Assembly: GCA_030390025.1 (NCBI GenBank)
Contig: CM059427.1
Span: 28,396,001 to 28,460,000, forward strand
Source: Squalus acanthias
Lineage: Eukaryota
Direction: 5' to 3'
Length of the DNA: 64,000 nucleotides
The translations under genes were made by a program, and so were the position numbers. This document shows, piece by piece, positions 36,940 to 50,512 of this stretch; the stretch's first letter is position 1, and each line of letters opens with the position of its first letter. The notes under the pieces are model-generated. The model saw only the letters and a program-made list of their open reading frames with translations. It was not told the DNA's origin and did no database searches.

Positions 36940-38350
36940 GACCAGCAAAGCTCTGTGGTAAAACTTACTTTTAACCTGGTCCTGCTGCACTTTAGGTCCT
37001 ATCACGGTTCCAAGTACATAAATCTTTAGATGCCGAAGACCAAAGGTTTGCTTCACTAAAGATTTTGTAGCTTCATGTACCTGGTTAAAATAATAGTTAG
37101 CTGACATTTTGGGGTTGTTTAGAAACATCAGCCATGCTTTCAATTGGAAACAATTGGGGGGAATTTTCACATGAAAAAACGGGTGGGTGGGAGGCGGGAG
37201 GGAGAGTTATAGTTTTAAAAATCTAAAACCCGCCTCCAACCCGCCCACTTTCACCTTTTACTCAGGCGGGGGGGGGGCGGGCAGCCAACCCGCTGGCAGG
37301 AGGCGGGTTGGCATTTTAAATATTATAATGAGGCCTGAAACTTCTGCTTTAACCTGTTGTGCAGGTTTAACTGCAGGCATCCGAGGATCCTGGGGCTCGA
37401 GATTCCCGGCAGCTGCAGCGAGGTGAGCACAGCCTCGGGGAGCAATCCTTCTAGGCTGAGAGGAGCAGGAGTGTTTCCTCCCGGCCCTCACAAGCTCACC
37501 CACCAGCAGCCCACCACCTCCCCACTTCCCCCCCCCCCCCCCCCCCCCCCCGGCGATCATTCTCACCCCCACCTGGGTCGGATATTGGCCCCACTCCCCC
37601 GGAAATTGATCTCACCCCCGGGCTTGGAGCCCACTCCGAGACCCTGCACCTACCTGGTCCTGCGATGTCCCTGGCCAGCATTCCCCGCCCATTCCCCTGT
37701 CAAATCAGGCTGGCTTACGGGTGGGAACCCGCCCATTACGTCGCATGCATGTTGTGGAGTTAAAACTCCACAGCGTGCAGGGAAACCCGGAACTCCGGAT
37801 TTCCCGCATTCTACCGATTTTCCCCCCCTGTTCCAGGCGGGTGGGAAACGACAAAATCCAGCCCAATATTATTAAGAGGTCAGTTTTACAGCCAGTTGTA
37901 AAACACAATTAACTAGGTAAAACACAACTAAATCAGGATGAGTGAGTTATGTGTTGATTCTGGAAATCTGGCAGTTTCATTTTTTAGGCATCGCAAACCC
38001 ACCCATTTTGAAGCAGTGGAAGTCATTATAGGTGTTATCCACTAATGGGTTTACTGATGGCATCCATATCTCCAGATAGGTACAGTCTATCATCCCTGAC
38101 ATTCTGGGAAAGCCTATTACAGCATTAAAGTATTGACGCGTGACCCACTGTTTTTCTACACTTCTGGTGAAGTAAACACACCTGCTTCTCTGGAACAATA
38201 TAAATGATCAGCTCCTAAATCCAGAAGGACATAGTGCCCTGGCAAATAGCAGAGACGGTGCTCAGTCAGTGGCAGCAGAAAGTGTCTGAAGGTGTTAGGA
38301 CTGGTGCATGTTAGGTAAAGAGTGTGTGGACTTTTTCATTAGTTGTCAGC
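36940..38350 (-). pseudogene. Highly degenerate Harbinger transposase, split by a MITE
   Basis: GFPRMSGMIDCTY (37977..38198) and HEATKSLVKQTFGL (36937..37170). Confidence 0.6.
37156..37864. mobile_element. Non-autonomous Harbinger-type MITE
   Basis: GGGGGGAATTTT / AAAATCCAGCCC termini; GC-rich subterminal GGCGGG boxes; no coding capacity. Confidence 0.7.
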
Positions 38351-39589
38351 CATGGGAAAGGTACAAGGGAAAGGCTGGTGAAGGCAAGGGCTTCTTTGAA
38401 ATAATCTTGGCTTCACTTTATGATTCTTACTAAGACTAGGACCAAGACTAAGACCTCAACCATAAGCAAAACTCTTCTATTCAAAAGGCCCCTTTCCAAA
38501 TTTTATCAAGTGATTTTATTGAAGTATTTGTAACAGTCTTTCTCCAGGAAATCTTCATGTAACGTTATACCATTACCTAACTGTATCAATAGATAGCACA
38601 GTCATTCCCTTCTGTTCTATTTTCATAAGATGCAAAATATGAATCTGAGACCATTTTCATTCACATTAGTATTATTGAGAGCAGCTAATGTTATATATCT
38701 AGAAATTATATAATTATGTAATGCTGGACCAGCTTTCTGCTGTGTATCAGCTAGTAGCTAAAGCATACCTCTGGCGGAAAGTACATTCCTTTTGCCATAT
38801 ATGGCATAGTTCTTCAACCTGATTTTAATATGTAGTGTATGTACTTCAGCGATGACCTTCATTTTGTCAGATTGATGAAAGTCTGCACCTACCATACCAC
38901 AATACCCTATTTTTTCTTAAGTTCTACTCTTCCTGGGTGTTCTTCTTGTCTGTCTCCTGGTATTTGTGTTTTGTGTGTAGTCCTTCTCCCACTATTTGTA
39001 TATTTTAGTGTTACTGTTTTCAAGTATAGGTCAGCTGTTTCCTTTTAACTCTTGCTTTCTATTCTTGTGCACTCTCGTTATCAACTTGCTGATAAATAGA
39101 AACAATGCATCACTATTTACTTTATAACTTCGCAATCTTGAAGACCTCCACAATCTTGAAGACCTCTATCACATGACCCCTTAGCCTTCTCCGCTCCAGT
39201 GAAAAAAGCTCTAACTTTTCAAATCTGTCTTCATAACTGTAATTCTTCATCTCTCATAGCATCCTCGTGAATCTGCTTTATACCTTTTCATTTTATAGAT
39301 TGGTGTATAGACTCCATGCAAATACTTTCCTGTTTTTTGTTCAACTTCTTCACCTTGTTTCTTACCTTCTGAGCTAAATATTCTTTCACCTTGTTTGTAG
39401 TTTTCCATATTTCCTCCAAGTAATAGATGAATGGCCTCTTTTGCCTGTTCTTTCTATGCATGCTTGTGGGTGTGTTGTGATGCTGCCTACTTTTCTCTTT
39501 TTCCCTGCATTATCAATGCATTCAAAAAACTGAGTTTACAATAAATGTACGTTTGACTAACTATACCTGAATTAACAACTTACTTTTAG

Positions 39590-39762
39590 ATGAAGCTGCA
39601 TCAACTCATCAAAATGATGAAGATAGTACTGAGAGTGACAGTAGTGATGAAGGTGACAGTAGTGATGAAGATGACAGCGAGGAAAGCAATAATGAAGACA
39701 GCGATGAAAATGAAAGATCAGATGAGTCCGTTGATTCATCTGAAAGTGAAGAAAGTACATAG
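39590..39762 (+). CDS. ERICH2: ERICH2 last coding exon (acidic D/E/S-rich tail)
   Basis: TTTTAG acceptor at 39589; phase 1; reads (D)EAASTHQNDEDSTESDSSDEGDSSDEDDSEESNNEDSDENERSDESVDSSESEEST*, TAG at 39760-39762. Confidence 0.88.
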
Positions 39763-39873
39763 AGACCATCAATTTCCATAAAAAGTATGTCACAGTACTA
39801 TCTTACTTAAAACAGCAAGTTTCTCCACCAATTTCCTTTTACAAAGAGTTATGATTAACTCTTATCTTAAAAA

Positions 39874-39879
39874 AATAAA
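39874..39879 (+). terminator. Candidate ERICH2 polyadenylation signal
   Basis: AATAAA ~110 nt downstream of the stop codon. Confidence 0.55.
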
Positions 39880-42800
39880 ATTAGATGTATCACTCGATTA
39901 TTAGTGACACAGAAAATAGCAATGTTAAGAACATTGAACATCAAACAAGGATTTGTTACATTTCAACTCTTTTGCCCTTCTGCATTATTAAATATCAAGA
40001 CCTCTCTTACCCCTGCATTTTAGTAGACAACGTTGACTCTATCAACTCATCATGTTTAAGATTCTATTCTAAGGAACTAAATTCAAGTCTTGCTTCCATC
40101 CTAGACACCCTTCCATGTATTATTTGCAGAAATTTAACCAGAATCAAAAAGAATGAAAGTATAAGGTATAAGTTACCTCTCGCCATAGCAGATAGGTTTA
40201 GCAGGGTTATTTAGCCTAAGTCATTTGGTAGACAGCTTCGGCTCCTTCCACTTCATCACATGCACTTGCTTACTGCAATTAAACATTTTCCCACTATTAA
40301 TGACATTTTTAGGGGAAGATTCTTCACAACACACAAAATGGGTCTTATTTTTGGGCACTGTGATAGTGTAATTTTACTCCCACCACAGCAAAACTAGAAA
40401 ATGTCCAGAAAGTCCAGTGAAGTCTCAGCAGCATTTTGTATGAACAATAGTGGATTTTGAGTTGTATCCTTGTATCTTAAGTTTGCAATATACATCTGAA
40501 CAATGCATCATAACTTTCCATGGTTCATCCACATGTGGTCGATTCAGATCTAACTTCCATCTCTTATGTAGTGCCTCCAGTTCCTTTAAATCAAAGACAT
40601 GTCTATCAAAGTTATCCTAACATCCACTTTTAAAACGCTCCCACAACCTTGAAGTGCGAGATGGCAAATCAACAATTGTTTCTTCGTCCCAGAGTTATTT
40701 AACTGAATAAATACCATGTAGGAATGTTATGTTTGCTCAACAACTGGCAAATATACAAATGACAGAGTTCTTAAATAAAGTTCCCGATTTTCAGGTTTAC
40801 CCTTCTGCCCACCAAACACATGCACACTTCACCAAACACACACACTTCCCCAAAACGCGCACTTCCCCAAATACACACACTTCCTCGAAACTCTCATTAT
40901 TTTCCCTCCAAACACATACATACCCTTCCCCGATATACATACTTTCTCTCCGTCCCTGAACACGCATGTGCGTGCACACACACACAAACTCACACCCACA
41001 TTTCTATTATGGATATAATGTGATCCAAGGTATATGCCAGAATCCCAAAGTGCTGTTTTTAAGCCGGAAAGTAAGTAGTGATCCAATACACAGACAAATA
41101 TGGGATCAGAATAGATGTAAGGAGAGTGAAACACTCCTGTTCAATTTAGAGCGGTCATTTTTTAAAAAAGATTTCCGGCTCTGTTTTGTCTTGACTATTT
41201 GTATTTCAACAATGAATGCTAATAATGTCAGGGAAACCGACTTGGAGGAATTATTGCGGCCAGCAGTGTGAAAGACCTGAATTAATATCAGCAGAGATGT
41301 AGCCATTAGCCCAAGGAACTTCAGCAATTAGTGTCCCTTCAATTGAATGTATGTTAATTTATCTCCCTTGCACAATCTTGCTGCATAAATCCTTCGAGTG
41401 GTTTCCCCAATGAGACACTATTAGAACAAAATTCAACATGGAAGGGATATATAATATATGTATGTTTGTGTGCGTATATATATATATATATCTGTGTGTG
41501 GATGTAATGTGATAATGCACAAACAAGCTAAAAGGTGTCCTGAACAAATTCTACTGGCCAGTATGTTTACAAATATGTAATTTGGAAGTTTCAAGATTAA
41601 TTAGTTGTGATTATTAACACTTAGGAAAGCTAAAATATGTATCTTGAATCCTTGTATATCATTTACTAATGAATATGTTAGTGAAAGTTGTAATTTAGAA
41701 GTTTTAAGTTTAATTATTTATGATTACAGCAGAAAAAGATAATGAATCCTTTGGGTTGATCAACGGTGAAAACCGGAAATGTTTGTCATAACTGGGAAGT
41801 TGTTTAGATACAAAGAAACTAATGAAATAACTTGCAGCATTCCTGTTAACAGCTTTGAGTTACATTAGCATGCTATAACCTTCCTACCTGTGGTGTCAGG
41901 TACACAGCGACAATATTGAATCCTCCTCCCTTTGCATATAAGGTCTATCATGTTGCTATCACCTCATTTTTCTCACTCAACCAAAAACATACTATACCAG
42001 CTGATGTTTTTTTCCAAAAACTAAAAGCTGGTCTCATCTGTGCTAGAGATCATTTGCTTATCAAAGTCAATTGGCTTATATTCTGACAACAGCAAATGTT
42101 CTCTTACCCCTAACTGAAGGCAAAAAGTATGTATCTCAACCTTGTATAGTGTAAATAAACTCATGCCATTTCAAATGGATATGCTACGTAAATTGATGTG
42201 TGCTGTACTAAACTGTTTGGGATTTGTTATTGCTGCTACCTGCACCAGGCAAGGGGATAATATCCACATTCCTAACTAAAGATGATAAGAACATAAGAAA
42301 TAGGAGCAGGAGTAGGCCATTCGGCCCCTCGAGCCTGCTCCGCCATTCAATAAGATCATGGCTGATCTTCTACCTCCACTCCACTTTCCTGCACTATCCC
42401 CATATCCCTTGATTTGCTTAATATCCAAAAATCTATCGACCTCTGTCTTGAATATACTCAAAGATTGAGCCTCCACAGCCCTCTGGGGTAGGGAATTCCA
42501 AAGATTCACCACCCTCTGAATGAAGAAATTTCTCCTCATCTCAGTCCTAAATGGCCGACCCCTTATTCTGAGACTGTGATCCCTGGTTCTAGGCTCCCCA
42601 GCCAGGGGAAACATCCTCCCTGCATCTACCCTGTCAAGCCCTGTAAGAATTTTGTATGTTTCAATGAGATCCTCTCTCATTCTTCTAAACTCCAGAGAAT
42701 ATCGGCCTAGTCTACTCATTCTATCCTCATAGGACAATCCCCCCATCCCAGGAATCAGTCTGGTGAACCTTTGTTGAACTCCCTCTATGGCAAGTATATC

Positions 42801-43973
42801 CTTCCTTAGGTAAGGAGACCAAAACTGTACAAAATACTCCAGGTGTGGTCTCACCAGGGCCCTATATAATTGCAGTAAGACGTCTTTACTCTTATACTCA
42901 AATCCTCTTGTAATAAAGGCCAACATACCATTTGCTTTCCTAATTGCTTGCTGTACCTGCATGTTAACTTTCAGTGATTTGTGTACAAGGACACCCAGGT
43001 CCCTCTGAACACCAACATTTCCCAATCTTTCTCCATTTAAAAAATACTCTGCTTTTCTACTTTTCCTACCAAAGTGGATAACTTCACATTTCTCCACATT
43101 ATATTCCATTTGCCATGTTCTTACCCACTCACTTAGCCTGTCTATATCCCCTTGAAACCTCTTTGCATCCTCCTCACAACTTACATTCCCACCTAGCTTT
43201 GTATCATCAGCAAACTTGGATATATTACATTTGATCCCCTCATCCAAATCATTGATATAGATTGTGAATAGCTGAGGCCCGAGCACTGATCCTTGTGGTA
43301 CCCCACTAGTTACAGCCTGCCAACACAAAAATGACCTGTTTATTCCTACTCTATGTTTTCTGACCATTAATCAATCATCAATCCATGCTAGTGTATTACC
43401 CCCAATCCCATGAGCCCTAATTTTGTTTAATAACCTCTTGTGTGGCACCTTATCAAATGCCTTCTGAAAATCCAAATACACCACATCCACTGGTTTCCCC
43501 TTATCCTGCTAGTTACAACCTCAAAAAACTCCAACAGATTTGTCAAACATGATTTCCCTTTCATAAATCCGTGTTAACTCTGCCCAATCCTATTATTATT
43601 TTCTAAGTGCCCTGTTACCACGTCCTTAATAATAGATTCTAGCATTTTCCCTACTACTGATGTCAGGCTACCTGGTCTGTAGTTCCCTGTTTTCTCTCTC
43701 CCTCCTTTCTTAAATAGTGGGGTTACATTTGCTACCTTCCAATCAGCGGGAACCATTCTAGAATCTATGGAATTTTGGAAGATGACAACCAATGCATCCA
43801 CTATCTCTATAGCCACCTCTCAGGTCCAGGGGATTTATCAGCTTTCAGTCCCATTAATTTCTCCAGTACGATTTTTTTACTAATACTAATTTCTTTCAGT
43901 TCCTCATTCTTGCTAGACCCTTGGTTCTCCATTATTTCCGGGAGGTTTTTTGCGTCTTCTTCCGTGAAGACAG

Positions 43974-44410
43974 AAAGAAAGAAAGACTTACATTTATATA
44001 GCGCCTTTCACGACCACAGGACGCCTCAAAGCGCTTTGCATCCAATGAAGTACTTTTATTTGGGAGTGTAGTCACTGTTGGAATGAGGGAAACGCGGTAG
44101 CCAATTTGTGCACAGCAAGCTCCCACAAACAGCAATATGATAATGACCAGATAAACTTCTTTTTGTTATATAACTCCCCGACTCCTCTTCGAAATAGTGC
44201 CATGGGATCTTTTACGTCTATCTGAGAGAGCAGACGGGGCCTGGGTGTAACATCTCATCTGAAAGACGGCACCCCCGACAGTGCAGCACTCCCACAGCAC
44301 TGCACTAGAGTGTCAGCCTAGATTTATGTGCTCAAGTCCCTGGAGTGGGACTTGAACCCACAACCTTCTGACTCAGAGGCAAGTGTGCTACCAACAGTAC
44401 CACATCTGAC
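43974..44410 (-). mobile_element. tRNA-derived SINE with Deu-domain core (SacSINE1/AmnSINE-like) and L2-type tail
   Basis: On the - strand: tRNA-like head with B box GGTTCAAGTCC; core GTGCTGCACTGTCGG..GTGCCGTCTTTCAGATGAG..GACGTAAAAGATCCCATGGCACTATTTCGAAG; (CTTT)n tail; possible GACAGA TSD. Confidence 0.8.
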
Positions 44411-44419
44411 AGACACACA

Positions 44420-45248
44420 GGGCTGGATTTTCCAAGCCCCGAGGAGGCGGGCATGGAGGCGGGACAGCCGGTAAAATCAGAGAAAGTGGGGGCGGATGGC
44501 AAACCCGCCCCCATCCCGCCTCCGTGCCCATTTGCCAGGAGGCGGGAAGATGTGCAGCTTCGGGTCCCGTCTCCTGGAGGCGGGAAAGGCATTTATTCCT
44601 TTTAACTGCTAGTTAACAGGCAGAAAAAAGGATTAGTGCCATTTTACCTTCACAGGTGAAGGCTTCCCGACCTCGGAGAACCCCGCTGGGTTGGAGGAGA
44701 CGTGAAGGAGGTTTGCGGTGGTCGGAGGCAGCTGGAAGTAAGGTGTAGAGGTGAGTGATAGGTGCAAGTGTGGAGTGGTAAGTATGCAAGGTGAGTGATA
44801 AGTTTAAAAAAGTGTTCACTTACCTTGTTTTCCTTCCATAGCCTTTAGCCGCGCTGGATGGGGAGAGAGGACATCCTCCTTGTCAATTTCAGGTAATGGC
44901 TGATGGACCCTCCGATCCATCAGACATCTGAAATTTACAAATTTGCAATGTTTGATGAGTCCTCACCTCAAAAACTCATCAAACTAAAGAGAATGTCAGT
45001 GTTTGACAGCTTCACAGAGCTGTCAAACGCTGTAATTTCTTCTTTCAAGAAGTCTTGACAGCACGTCTGACGTTGACGTGATCTGTCAGTGACTTCTTCC
45101 CTAATTGGCCTGCTGAGCCCGCAGGGTGGGCTTAACAAGCTCAAACGAGAAAATCCCACTGAATGGTCAGGCGAGGATGGAGGCGGGACATTGACACGAC
45201 AAGCAGCTGTCCCGCCTCCAACTCGCCTCCATTCACAAAATCCAGCCC
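44420..45248. mobile_element. Non-autonomous Harbinger-type element
   Basis: Perfect 12-bp TIR GGGCTGGATTTT / AAAATCCAGCCC; CR1 sequence resumes exactly after it. Confidence 0.85.
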
Positions 45249-47932
45249 AAAGTATTTGTTTAATTTCTCTGCCATTTCCTTATTCCCCATTATAATTTCT
45301 CCTGTCTTAGCCTGTAAGGGGCCCACATTTACTTTCACTAATCTTTTCCTTTTTACATTCCTATAGAAGCATTTGCAGTCTGTTTTTATGTCTCTTGCTA
45401 GTTTACTCTCATATTCTATTTTCTCTTTATCAATTTCTTGGTCCTCCTTTGCTGAATTCTAAAATCTTCCCAATCCTCAGGCTTACTGCTCTTTTTGGCA
45501 ACATTATAAGCATCTTCCTTTGATCCAATACTATCTTTAACTTCTCTTGTTAGCCACGGTTGGACCACTTTTCCTGTGGGGTTTTTGTGCCTTAAAGGAA
45601 TATATATTTGTTGTAAATTACGTATTAATTCTTTAAATGCTAGCCATTGCTTGTCTACCATCATACCTTTTAATGTAGTTTCCCAATCTACCTTAGCCAA
45701 CTCGCCCCTCATACCTACGTAGTTTGCTTTGTTTAGATTGAAGACCCTAGTTTCAGATTTAACTAAATCACTTTCAAACATAATATAAAGTACCATATTA
45801 TGGTCACTCTTCCCTAAGGGCCCCTTTACTGCAAGGTTATTAATTAACCCTTTCTCATTGCACAATACTAGATCTAAAATAGCCTGTTCCCTAGTTGGTT
45901 CCTCAACATACTGATCTAGAAAACTATCTTGTATACATTCCATGAATTCGTCCTCCATACTATTACTGCAAATTTGGTTTGCCCAGTCTATATGTAGATT
46001 AAAGTCCTCCATGATTACTGTATTACCCTTGTTACATGCGCCTCTAATTTCCCAATTTATAATCTGCCCTACATTACAACTACTGTTTGGGGGCCTATAA
46101 ACAACTCCCACCAATGTTTTCTGCCCCTTGCTGTTTCTAAGTTCCACCCAAACTGATTCTACTTCTTGATTTTCGGAGCTAAGATCCTTTCTACTGTCTT
46201 TATCCCATCCTTTATTATCAGGGCTACCGCTCCTCCTTTTCCATTTGCCTATCTCTTCTAAATGTTTAGTATCCTGGAATATTTAGTTCCCAACCTTGGT
46301 CACTTTGCAACTACGTCTCCGTAATGGCGATTAGATCAAACCTATTCATTTCTATCTCCGCTATTAATTCATCTATTTTGTTGCGAATGCTTCACGCATT
46401 CAGATATAGTGCCTTTAGCTTTGACTTTTTTCTATTTTTCCCTGATGTCACCTTAGTCACTGATGCCCTATTACCTTTGTTACTCTCTCTCCCTACCTGA
46501 CCCATTCCCCTTCCCACTCCAAGTTCTTCTCCAGCCGTGAGGAGATGTCTTTAGCCCTGACTCCAGGCAGGCAACACAACCTTCGGAACTCCCGGTTGCA
46601 GCTGCAGAGAACAGTATCTCCCTCTGACTATACTGTCCCCTACCACAAATACATTCCCTTTCACTCCCCCCACTTGAACAGCCTCCTGCACCATAGTGCC
46701 ATGGTCAGCTTGCTCATCCATCCTGCAGGCTTTTCCCTCATCCACATAGGCAGCAAGAACCTCATATCTGTTGGATAAGGACAATGCCGAGGTTCCTCCA
46801 GCACTTCACCTGGGGTCCCCTTACCTGCCTGAGTTGCAGTCACAACTTCCTGTCCCTGACCACTAACCAGTCATGTACCACTACCTAACCTAAGGGGTGT
46901 GACTGCCTCCTGGATCAAAGTGTGCAGGTAATTCTCCCCCTGCCTGATGCCCTGCAATGTCTGCACCTCAGACTCCAGCTCAACAACTCTGAGCTGAAGT
47001 TCCTCAAGATGCAGGCACTTACTGCAAACGTGGTTGTCTGGGAGCACAATGCTCTCCACAAATTCCCACATGCTGCAGTTGCGGCACATCACCTGCACTG
47101 CCATCCCTATATGACCTTGTTCTATTTAATTAAATTTAAATAAATTTGTATTTAAATAACTTATTTTCCAATTTAGTTTCTTGACTACTTAATTGATCTA
47201 GATTAAGTTATGGGTAATGAAATTAAATATCTACCTGTAACACCAAGCACTACAAGTAGTGTAGGCAAAAAGCAGCAACTCCTTCCCCCTCTTCTCCGAA
47301 TTCCCACTCTTTCCAAATTCCCAAATGAAAAGCTCTGTTTATGTGCACTCCATTTAATTCCGCTCTGTGCAGACCACTGTGCTCTGCAGAACTGTTTAAT
47401 TTTATACTCTAGGAGCCTCACCCAATTTACAAGTGTTGACTCTGCTCCCTGTGATTAGCACTTATTCAAGACAAACACTTACAGCTGACTGACAGTTAAC
47501 TACCACTGGCAGGCAGCTTCTGTTAACTACAGTTTTTAAAGTTCTTGGTTTAAATCAAAATGTTAAACTAAATTTCATTATTTACAGTTTCTACTTACCT
47601 AATACGTACCAGAAATTCCCACTCTTTCCAAATTCCCAAATTAAACACTCTGTTTAAGTGCACTCCATTTAATTCCGCTCTGTGCAGACCACCTCTATGA
47701 TGACTTCTATGCAAGAAACTTATGTAGCCCCAGTAACTACCTGAATGGTTAGTGCAAAAAGATGCTTTTGCATTGAGAACAGGAATATTTCAATATATTT
47801 GTAAGAAATGCTTTCCCGCCAGTAAGACCTGCCTCAAAATGCCTGGTGTGGTTTTTCTCACATTTTACAGTTTCAAGTGAAATTTATAATGTATCTTCTA
47901 ATTAGTTATTAATCTTAAAACCAAGACTTATT

Positions 47933-48100
47933 GGGTGTAATTTTAACTTTTGGCGATGATGTAAAACTGGCTATCAGATTGGCCACCTATTATAAACTCT
48001 GAACAATTTTACTTTCCATTGAATAGAGAGGAAAATCGGGCAGGGTATAGGGGGCAGCCAATCTGATCTCGCCTGTTTTCCACCATCACCAACTTACCCC
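47933..48100. repeat. Palindromic MITE-like hairpin element
   Basis: TGGCGATGATGTAAAACTGG..ATCAGATTGGC / GCCAATCTGAT..CCTGTTTTCCACCATCACCA, an imperfect inverted repeat. Confidence 0.55.
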
Positions 48101-48999
48101 AATTTGTTTTCAAGAGGGAAACTGGCTGATGCAATGGATTAGCACTTCTGGCACCTGGATACAAATTCAATTTAACCGCTTGGGTTGAAGCCATCTCTTT
48201 CTGCTGCATGTAAGCATCCATTGTGCAACACATTTGGGAAGTAATAACACAGATCCTGTTGGGTACAGGCCCATAACACAAAAATACCCATAATTCAGTA
48301 CAAATCACAGAGGCAATAAAAATGATTGCTATGAGCAGTAGAAAAATTCTTGTGAGGCCAGTATTATGACACTTTCTTGATACAAACAGGGGGAGCTTTA
48401 TTCTGCACTTGATCTCAATGCTTCAAGCTAACACTGGATGCCAAAGCAGGAAAGTGTTCCATTCAGGTGCTAATGTCCCTCACATAAATTAATACAAGCA
48501 TTCACAAAAAAATTCACTGAGCAAACTACCCTGGATATGCATAAACAGTGGTACAATACCAGTAGAAAGCAATAACAGACATCATTTATTTTTAGTGCGG
48601 GTCTGCGGATTTCCTCTATTCAAAAATGGGTTCAGGAAATTAGCAGAAATAAAGATTTTGCATGTAAAAAAGTTGTTAAAGGAAGGCCATTAATACATTC
48701 ACAAAAGATTGCTTGGGTTGGTGAACAATCTAAAAAGTGTGATTTGAACCACAAGTCAGAACCTGGGGTGGGGGGTGCGATTTTTAACTGCCGACTGCCC
48801 GTAATATCCCTCAAAAAAGGGATGCACTCTACTTATTTAAATTCAGAGAACTTAGGTATAGTTTGGCAGATCCAAGGCTTATGGACTCCCAAATATGCAC
48901 GGATGCACTACTGTAAGTTAACTAGCTAAAACCACACAGCTTACTAGCACAAAGCATTCATGAGCTTCCCACTGCTTGTCCATCTGGGACCATTATACC

Positions 49000-49650
49000 C
49001 GTTACAACAGTACATTGCAGTGGGAAGAATCCAGCTTCAAGAGAAGGCTCTGCAATTTTACAAAGTGTCATGATTTCTACGGTTATAGATTGTATTCTTG
49101 TAGCCCTGCATTCTCCACTACGCAATGCCATTACCTACATGAATCAGAAAAACTTCCACTCTTAAGAATGTTTATCTCATTAGCAGACCTCAGCACCAGA
49201 TATGCAAGTCAGTACTTGCTTTCCAAATAGCTTTAGCAATCGCTTCATTTTAAGGCAATCCACTGTGCCACTAATATTTGACCCACAGAGAACATTTTAA
49301 GGCTACCCTGTGGGGCGCTAGCACATGACCCCTTTGCAACCAAGGACACCAACTGAAAACAGATATAATGAGGTGCATGCTAAACAGCATAGTCATTTAG
49401 CTCACCATTAACATGTTGAAACAGCACTTCAGGTGCACAGACATGTCTGGGACATCCTGCAATACAGCCCAACTAAGGTATTGAGTTTTGTGTTAGTTTG
49501 CTGCATGCTTCACAACATTGATCAGCAAAAGCACTTTGTGGTTGACCCCAAAGGAGAAAGCCATCCAACAACAGTAAGGCAATCATCAAGAGAACCAGGA
49601 AGAGCCCAAAGAGGCTGTGGATGACAACACATTCCCAGCTGTAAAAACTA
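49000..49650 (+). pseudogene. Very degenerate Harbinger transposase remnant
   Basis: LQYSPTKVLSFVLVCCMLHNI in ORF 49433..49624. Confidence 0.55.
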
Positions 49651-49693
49651 TTCAGCAAGCTCTCAAAGAAGAGACCTTTTCCTAACTTGGACA

Positions 49694-50200
49694 TCATAGA
49701 ATCATTGAATGTTACAGCACAGAAACAGGCCATCCACATCATCAAATCTGCACTGGTGATTTTCTCCCTTTAATTACAATCTCCTGTTTGCTCCCAATAC
49801 CATTTAATATTTCTTATTGAAGCAACAATCCAATTCCCTTTTTAAAAAAATTATGTACTCTGCTATGTGACAGAGAATTACAAATTCTAACTGCCTGCTA
49901 TATAAAGATTTTTTTCTACTTTATTTTAATTTTTTGTTATTATGTTAAATTTGTGTCCTCTCGTTACCATATCACTGAACAATAGAAATAATCTAGCGCT
50001 ATATACTTTATCATAACCCTTAAAGACCTCTATCATCTCACCCCTTAACCTTCACAGCTCTAGTGAAAAAGCCCTAACTTCTCAACATTCTTCAGAACTG
50101 TAACCCCTTATTCCAGGTAACATCCTAGTGAATCTATCCTGCACTTTTTTGATTGCTTTTATATCTTTCTTGTAATGGAATACCCAAACTGTACACGGTA
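49694..50200 (-). mobile_element. Old CR1 3' fragment
   Basis: YKKDIKAIKKVQDRFTRMLPG; CATAGAATCATT tail. Confidence 0.65.
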
Positions 50201-50259
50201 CTATATTTGCAACTAAATTAAGAACTGCATTAACAATCATGTCCCTCTTCCCCATGCCC

Positions 50260-50512
50260 TCTACACATACACCTTCACCTACAATGCCTTGACTCTCCCA
50301 CTGAACTCCCAAATTTCCCATTCCTCACATGTGCTCAAGCATATTAGCAGCAATACTCTGTACACTAAAAACTGAATACAACCAACTTTCAATAACCCTA
50401 CGTATGATGTGTTTGAGTTCCTACTGATTGTTTCCCCCTCTATTTTTCCCCTGTGAAGCACCGTTGGATAGTTTTCTACATTAAAGGTGTTATAAAAATA
50501 CAAGTTGTTGTT
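50260..50512 (+). mobile_element. L2-type 3' tail
   Basis: TGTGAAGCACC..TTTTCTACATTAAAGGTGTTATAAAAATACAAGTTGTTGTTG. Confidence 0.55.

Larger units (their letters stand above)
42284..47700 (-). mobile_element. Near full-length decayed CR1 LINE (5' UTR, ORF1, ORF2) with nested SINE and MITE
   Basis: ORF1: MAVQVMCRNCSMWE..HVCSKC zinc finger, LSNRYEVL, VVGDSIVRG (SGNH esterase-like); ORF2 endonuclease 45416..46147 and RT 42276..43816; CR1 tail at ~42284. Confidence 0.92.

Noticed and set aside
39590-39781. ORF-track 63-aa protein MKLHQLIKMM...
   Set aside because: Wrong frame; the acidic frame entered via the splice acceptor is the ERICH2 exon.
44330-44410. tRNA gene
   Set aside because: The tRNA-like A/B boxes are the head of a SINE, followed by Deu core and LINE tail.
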